Shown here in pieces: positions 58,389 through 64,000 of a stretch of DNA of 64,000 nucleotides. The translations under genes were made by a program, and so were the position numbers. The notes under the pieces are model-generated. The model had not been told where the DNA came from, searched no databases, and saw nothing but the letters and a program-made list of their open reading frames with translations. Origin of the DNA: Nitrosopumilus sp. (GTDB taxonomy: Archaea > Thermoproteota > Nitrososphaeria > Nitrososphaerales > Nitrosopumilaceae); assembly GCA_965206745.1 (NCBI GenBank), contig OZ242220.1, forward strand, positions 1,728,001-1,792,000, given 5' to 3'. Within the stretch, counting starts at the first letter, position 1. The number at the start of each line of letters is the position of its first letter.

Positions 58389-59447
58389 CTAATTATTAGC
58401 TTGAAATAATTTTGGGATCGATTCCTCATAGGGGGCAGTAGCCACGCCTTTTTCCGTGATTATTCCCGAAACTAGTTCAGGTGGGGTCATGTCAAATGCG
58501 GGATTGATCACCCCGATACCGTCAGGGGCTGTTCTTGTATCTCCGATGCCTGTCACCTCGGATCCTTTTCGCATCTCAATAATGACATCTTGGGCCTCTG
58601 TTTTGAGATCAATTGTGGATAGCGGTGCTGCAACATAGAACGGAATTCCGTGCTGTTTTGCCATTGTTGCCACCTGATACGTTCCAATTTTGTTAAAGAC
58701 ATGGCCTGTCCCCACAATTCTGTCGGCCCCGACTATAACCTTGTTGACCAATCCGTTTGCCATGGAGTATCCTACTGCAGTATCTGGAACCAGGCTGACA
58801 TCAAATCCGTCATGTTTCAGCTCAAATGCAGTCAGTCTTGAGCCCTGTTGGATGGGCCTTGTCTCAGTTGCGATAACTTTGATGTTTTTTCCGCTCTCCC
58901 GAGTCGCCCTAATCACTCCCAATGCCGTTCCGTATGCGACAGTTGCCAACGCTCCGGCATTGCAGTGGGTCATGATGGTGTCATTATCATCAAAGAGGAC
59001 AGAGCCGTTCTTTCCCATGGCCTTGTTAATATCAATGTCATCATCTGCCATTTTTTTGGCAGCAGATACTACCAGTTCCCTGATTTGTACAGCAGAGTCG
59101 CCAGTCTTTGCTACATTGATGATCTTCTCCAGCCCCCAGCCCAGGTTTACCGCAGTGGGCCTAGTTGCAAAAAGGATTTTTCTTGCAGCATCCAAGTCCG
59201 AGAGCAGTCCCTCCTTTGTTGTTGCAGTGCTTTGTAAGGCAGCCAGTCCCAATCCAAAGGCCCCTGACACCCCAATTGCAGGTGCCCCCCTTACAACCAG
59301 GGTACTGATTGCGTCTGCAACCTGGTTAAAATCGTCATATTTTACAAAGACAAGTTGGTTTGGTAATTTTGTCTGATCAATCATTACAACTTTGCCGTCT
59401 TTCCATTCCACGGTTCTAAGTGATGAATCGACTGCAATTTCATCCAT
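58389..59447 (-). CDS. mtnA: Methylthioribose-1-phosphate isomerase
   Basis: VRGAPAIG, RPTAVNL, THCNAGALAT, ETRP, NKIGTY, NPAFD; start set at MDEIA. Confidence 0.93.
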   Translation of the reverse strand: MDEIAVDSSLRTVEWKDGKVVMIDQTKLPNQLVFVKYDDFNQVADAISTLVVRGAPAIGVSGAFGLGLAALQSTATTKEGLLSDLDAARKILFATRPTAVNLGWGLEKIINVAKTGDSAVQIRELVVSAAKKMADDDIDINKAMGKNGSVLFDDNDTIMTHCNAGALATVAYGTALGVIRATRESGKNIKVIATETRPIQQGSRLTAFELKHDGFDVSLVPDTAVGYSMANGLVNKVIVGADRIVGTGHVFNKIGTYQVATMAKQHGIPFYVAAPLSTIDLKTEAQDVIIEMRKGSEVTGIGDTRTAPDGIGVINPAFDMTPPELVSGIITEKGVATAPYEESIPKLFQANN

Positions 59448-59568
59448 GAATAATCTCAAAATGATGCTTTTTAAAAACCAATAGAAACAAGCAATCATAA
59501 GATATGATCCTAAAACAATATTTGATAAATGAGTAATTAGTATTATCAATAAATTTTTCTTCAAAGTA

Positions 59569-59660
59569 TTCGTATGCGGCAAACCACTCAAAAAACTAGG
59601 TACAAAAATATTGGTAACAATAATTCGTGCTCAATGAAAAGATACGAGTAACCTCACACA
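59569..59660. mobile_element. MITE-like element, copy D (degenerate)
   Basis: ttcgtatgcgg...ctcaaaaaactagg...attcgtgc...acctcaca. Confidence 0.55.
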
Positions 59661-59707
59661 TGCATTCAATGATAAATACAGGTTTAAGGCGTGGCTAGCT
59701 GTGATTT

Positions 59708-60330
59708 CTATTTAAAATTAAAGTAATTTAGTTTTGTCAGAATATTTTCAAGCGTGACATCGTTGTATCCTGAAACTTCAAAGGTATGGGCGCCTGAATT
59801 TTTTGCAGCAAGAATTCCTTTTGGAGAGTCCTCTACAATCATACATTCTTTCGGATCCAATTCTAATCTAGACATAGCTTGCAAGTATCCTTCTGAAGAG
59901 GGTTTAGGGGATGAAACATCCTCATTAGAAATTACAAAATCCATATATTCAAGCTGTCCTGTTTTATCCAACATTAAAAGAGCAGTTTTTCTAATACTAT
60001 TTGTAACACATACTCTCTTGTAAGATTTTGTAGCATCATGCAGCCTAATTTTATTTGGATCAACAAACGCATCTTTTTTAATTACTTCAATTGTCAAATC
60101 CTGTTTTTTTTCCCATATTAAATCAAAATCACTTTTTTCTATTCTTTTTTGTTCCAAAAGAATTTCAAGTTTTCTCATTGTTGGAAGACCATTAAAAGTT
60201 TGGATATGCTCATCTCGCTTAATTGTAAAATTCTTTGCTTGTTCTAATGCCAGATTAAGTGATTGATAATGCCATTCTGTTGCGTCAACTAAAACTCCAT
60301 CAAGATCATATAAAATTGCCTTAATCATCA
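59708..60330 (-). CDS. HAD-superfamily phosphatase
   Basis: YDLDGVLVD, VTNS, KP, VEDS..G; start approximate. Confidence 0.9.
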
Positions 60331-60881
60331 TTCCAATATTTCGGCATATCGGTACAAATTGCATCTGCTGAAATAGAATTTACAATTTCCTCAAATTGTT
60401 TGATTTCAAATTTTCTTCCATGAAGTTCAGGAGAAACAAGTGCAACTTTTAGATGTGACTTTTGTAATGATTTTAAAAAGTCAACGTCATACCAAATTTT
60501 TTCAAAACAATCTAGCCAAACCCAGTTGCAGTTTGGGATTATTTCCTTTTCATACTCACTCAATCTGAATGCACAATTCAAGTTATGTTTTATGGATTTT
60601 AGTAAAGAAGGGATACTATGATCAAATGTAAAATAGTTTTCAAAGCCATACTTGCCAAGGATTTTTTTTAATTCAAGCTCAATTTCTGAGGATTTTACGT
60701 TTATGGATAGAAACGTTTCATTGGGAATTTTATCAAGAAATGATTCTAAATCAGGTGAATTCCCATCTGGTGGATCATGTGATAGAACCAATTTATCTCC
60801 AAAATCCCTTACATCAATTTCTGCCCCATATCGATCATCAAAGAGTTCGATGGAATTTGTTCTATGTTTTAAAATTATCAT
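60321..60881 (-). CDS. PLC/GDPD-like phosphodiesterase-fold protein
   Basis: HRTN, EIDVR, SHD, NVK, SPELH, ICTD. Confidence 0.75.
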   Translation of the reverse strand: MIILKHRTNSIELFDDRYGAEIDVRDFGDKLVLSHDPPDGNSPDLESFLDKIPNETFLSINVKSSEIELELKKILGKYGFENYFTFDHSIPSLLKSIKHNLNCAFRLSEYEKEIIPNCNWVWLDCFEKIWYDVDFLKSLQKSHLKVALVSPELHGRKFEIKQFEEIVNSISADAICTDMPKYWNDD

Positions 60882-60963
60882 GAATCTTTCTATAATTCTG
60901 CATATTCAAGTCTTTTTTAGTATAAAATGCAATTTTATATGAAAGTATAAGATATTTTTTAAT

Positions 60964-61698
60964 ATGAAAATTTTAATTCCCATGGCAGGTCGTGGAAGAC
61001 GATTTGAGGATGCAGGGTATAGTTTTCCAAAACCAATAATTGATGTCAACGGCAAGCCCATGATTCAAATTATTATAGAAAATCTAAATTTCTCAGATCA
61101 GCATATCTTCATAACACAAAAGGAACACATGGAAAAATACTCGATAAAAGAGATGTTGAACTTGATCAAGAAGGATAGTGAATTAATTTCGGTAAATGAG
61201 ATTACAGAAGGAGCTACATGTACGGTTTTACTTGCAAAGGAATTGATCAACAATGACGAAGAATTAATCATTGCAAATAGTGATCAGTGGGTAAATTGGA
61301 ATAACCAACATTTCCTATCTTATTTGCGTGAAAAAGATGCAGATGGCGGAATTGTCACATTTATTGCGACACACCCAAAATGGAGTTTTGTCAAAACAGA
61401 TGAAGACGGACTAGTTACAGAAGTGGCTGAAAAAAAACCAATCAGCAATATTGCCACAGTTGGGATTTATTATTTTAAAAAGGGAAGTGATTTTGTAAAA
61501 GCGGCAGAACAGATGATTGCCAAAAACATCAGAACCAATAATGAATTCTATGTCGCACCCGTATTTAATGAGATGATTGAAAATAAGAAAAAAATTTTAA
61601 CGTATCCAGTTGCAGAGATGAGAGGCCTTGGCACTCCAGAAGATCTAAAAAGATTCATAGAAATTATCGATAAAAAAACAAATGCGACAGAATCATAG
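60964..61698 (+). CDS. Sugar-phosphate nucleotidyltransferase
   Basis: IPMAGRGRRF...PKP, TEGA, NSDQ, EKKPIS, LGTPEDL. Confidence 0.88.
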   Translation: MKILIPMAGRGRRFEDAGYSFPKPIIDVNGKPMIQIIIENLNFSDQHIFITQKEHMEKYSIKEMLNLIKKDSELISVNEITEGATCTVLLAKELINNDEELIIANSDQWVNWNNQHFLSYLREKDADGGIVTFIATHPKWSFVKTDEDGLVTEVAEKKPISNIATVGIYYFKKGSDFVKAAEQMIAKNIRTNNEFYVAPVFNEMIENKKKILTYPVAEMRGLGTPEDLKRFIEIIDKKTNATES

Positions 61699-61752
61699 AA
61701 ATGACAATTCCAGTTTTATCATACAGAACTTTTAAAATTATTTGTAATGATT

Positions 61753-62640
61753 TTAATTTGTTTGACTAAGAGTTAACTCTAATCCTTTTTTGATTGATAC
61801 AGTGGGTTTCCAACCAAGTTCTCTGATATTTGATGTGTCGGATATAATATTCTGAACTTCAACTTTGCGCTTGCTTGTTTTTAAAGAGCGGATGGGTTTT
61901 TTGGAATTGGTAAGCTTTCCAAGCATATCACATATTTCTTGAATTGAATGACTATTGCCAGATCCGACATTAAAAATTTGAAATTTTTTCAAATTCTTCA
62001 TTGCTATATGGATGGAATCTATCACGTCAGAGACATAAATGAAATCACGTTTGGGTTGCAAATTTCCAAGTTTTATAACATCTGAATTTAGGAATTGGGA
62101 TATTATGTTGGAAGTTACTAAATGAGATGGACTGTTAGGCCCATAAACAGAAAAAAATCTCAATACAGTAACGTCCATCAAATATGTTTTTGAGTAAGAT
62201 TCACAAAGAGATTCTCCAGCAATTTTACTCATTGCATAAATTGATGTCGCATGTGTGGGATGATTTTCAGATACCGGTAATTTTTCAGGATTGCCGTATA
62301 CATGGCTGGTACTTGCAAAAATTATTTTGCAATCTTTTTTTCTAGCAATATCAAGTAATTTTTGAGTGGCAACGACATTAATTTCAAAACATTTCTCAGG
62401 GTTTGAATTGCATGACTTGACATCAGACATTGAAGCAAGATGAATGATTGTAGAGTTTTTTTTAATATCAGATGAATTGATTTTTCTAATATCTTTTTTA
62501 ATTTGTTTTATTTTAGAATTATCTGACAAAGAATTTGAAATTCCTGAAAGGCGATATTGTGTTGAATTTAATGAATTAACTAGATGAGTACCAATAAATC
62601 CATTATGTCCAGTAATCAAGAGAGTTTTCACAAATAACAT
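61753..62640 (-). CDS. NAD-dependent epimerase/dehydratase
   Basis: TGHNGFIG, YAMSK, RDFIYV. Confidence 0.9.
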   Translation of the reverse strand: MLFVKTLLITGHNGFIGTHLVNSLNSTQYRLSGISNSLSDNSKIKQIKKDIRKINSSDIKKNSTIIHLASMSDVKSCNSNPEKCFEINVVATQKLLDIARKKDCKIIFASTSHVYGNPEKLPVSENHPTHATSIYAMSKIAGESLCESYSKTYLMDVTVLRFFSVYGPNSPSHLVTSNIISQFLNSDVIKLGNLQPKRDFIYVSDVIDSIHIAMKNLKKFQIFNVGSGNSHSIQEICDMLGKLTNSKKPIRSLKTSKRKVEVQNIISDTSNIRELGWKPTVSIKKGLELTLSQTN

Positions 62641-62726
62641 AATTCATAAAAACATGCCAGATAAAAATTTTTAATTTTTCCAGTATACTTTTTAAGAATC
62701 ATGTTGGAGAGAAACACAGAGAATTC

Positions 62727-63740
62727 ATGAAAAATGCACTGATTACAGGGATAACAGGCCAGGATGGTGCATACCTTGCTGATCTGCTATTAAAAAAGGG
62801 ATACAAGGTATACGGTGCATATAGAAGACTCTCTACATCAAACTTTTGGAGATTGAGTCATCTTGGAATACAAGATAAAATTACACTTATTTCAGCAGAT
62901 GTAACTGATTCAAAGTCAATATATGAACTATTAAAAAAATCCCAACCCAAAGAGGTGTATCATTTAGCGGCTCAAAGTTTTGTTGCAATTTCATTTGATC
63001 AACCCATCTCAACTATCAATACTACCGGACTAGGGACAGTTAGGATGCTAGAAGAAATTAAAGAATTCGATAACAAGATCAAGTTTTACCAAGCAGGATC
63101 AAGCGAAATGTACGGGATGGAGAAATCAAATATCAAAAATGAACAGACACCTTTCAAACCAGTGAGTCCGTATGCTATTGCCAAAGTTTGTGGTCACTGG
63201 AGCACGAATATGTTTAGAGATGGTTATGGGTTGTTTGCAGCAAACGGAATACTGTTCAATCATGAATCACCAATAAGAGGATTGGAATTTGTAACACGTA
63301 AAATATCAAACGGGATTGCAAAGATTTCACTAGGATTGGAAAAAGAGCTCAAATTAGGAAATCTTTCCGCTAAGAGGGATTGGGGGTATGCTCCAGAGTT
63401 TGTAGAAGGAATGTGGATGATGTTGCAGCAGAAAAGTGCAGACGATTATGTTTTAGCAACCAATGAAACACATACAATTAAGGAGTTCGTGGATGAGGCA
63501 TGCAAGATTGCAGGTGTTTCAACAAAGAAAGTGACATCATCAAAAGAGAACTTGAGACCATTTGATGTTACGTATTTACGTGGGGATTATTCTAAGGCAA
63601 AAAAGAAATTAGGATGGCATCCAAAAATAAAATTTAAAAAATTGGTAAAAATCATGGTGGAAGAAGACATCAATAGATGGGAAAGATGGATGAAAAATGA
63701 GCATTTCCCCTGGGATGCTCCCACGTCAGCAACAGTGTAA
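62727..63740 (+). CDS. gmd: GDP-mannose 4,6-dehydratase
   Basis: ITGITGQDGAYLA, AAQSFV, SPYAIAK, FNHESP, RDWG. Confidence 0.95.
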   Translation: MKNALITGITGQDGAYLADLLLKKGYKVYGAYRRLSTSNFWRLSHLGIQDKITLISADVTDSKSIYELLKKSQPKEVYHLAAQSFVAISFDQPISTINTTGLGTVRMLEEIKEFDNKIKFYQAGSSEMYGMEKSNIKNEQTPFKPVSPYAIAKVCGHWSTNMFRDGYGLFAANGILFNHESPIRGLEFVTRKISNGIAKISLGLEKELKLGNLSAKRDWGYAPEFVEGMWMMLQQKSADDYVLATNETHTIKEFVDEACKIAGVSTKKVTSSKENLRPFDVTYLRGDYSKAKKKLGWHPKIKFKKLVKIMVEEDINRWERWMKNEHFPWDAPTSATV

Positions 63741-64000
63741 AAAATGAAATTTACAAGGAGATTTTTAAATCCTATTTTTTATAAAGTTTATTGAGCCTAC
63801 TGGGGAAGGATCAATCTTAGAAAAAATTGCAGAATAGATTGAAGTGTAATCGAGCAAGTAAATCAGAGTAATCAATTTGGTTAAAATATTTCCAGATACA
63901 GAGAATATTTCTTTAAAATCAATATTTTGTTCTATAAAATATTCTTTGAGTATTTCAAATCTATCCTTTGTTTTTATGAAATCATTTTGGCCTCGTAAAA

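Overview
Archaeal chromosomal window from an ammonia-oxidising Nitrosopumilaceae (Nitrososphaerota) genome. The core markers are the 3HP/4HB-cycle 4-hydroxybutyryl-CoA dehydratase and ADP-forming ligase pair, the thaumarchaeal heme-copper oxidase/cupredoxin cluster, npdG, aspartate kinase, ilvE, mtnA and three tRNAs (Val-TAC, Lys-CTT, Arg-TCG). Moderately GC-rich core blocks alternate with AT-rich accessory islands. The best candidate for a new system is a compact operon at 30.7-32.5 kb: a ubiquitin-like protein ending in Ser, a predicted E2-like/ThiF-E1 fusion and a Cys/His-rich DUF6527-like protein, with a divergent RHH regulator. It lies next to a dead IS5 and between direct repeats carrying a DUF5678/retropepsin pair. 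Other accessory content includes a HEPN-motif protein with 12 combinatorially shuffled TPRs, a PIN-domain gene pair, five exported MORN/YwqK-like repeat proteins and a glycan locus. Three dispersed DNA repeat families mark module junctions: a ~46-bp oriented imperfect palindrome, a ~97-bp MITE-like element and orphan IS5 ends. A host-associated (e.g. sponge) lifestyle is plausible but is inference only. All family assignments come from motif recognition by eye; no searches were run.
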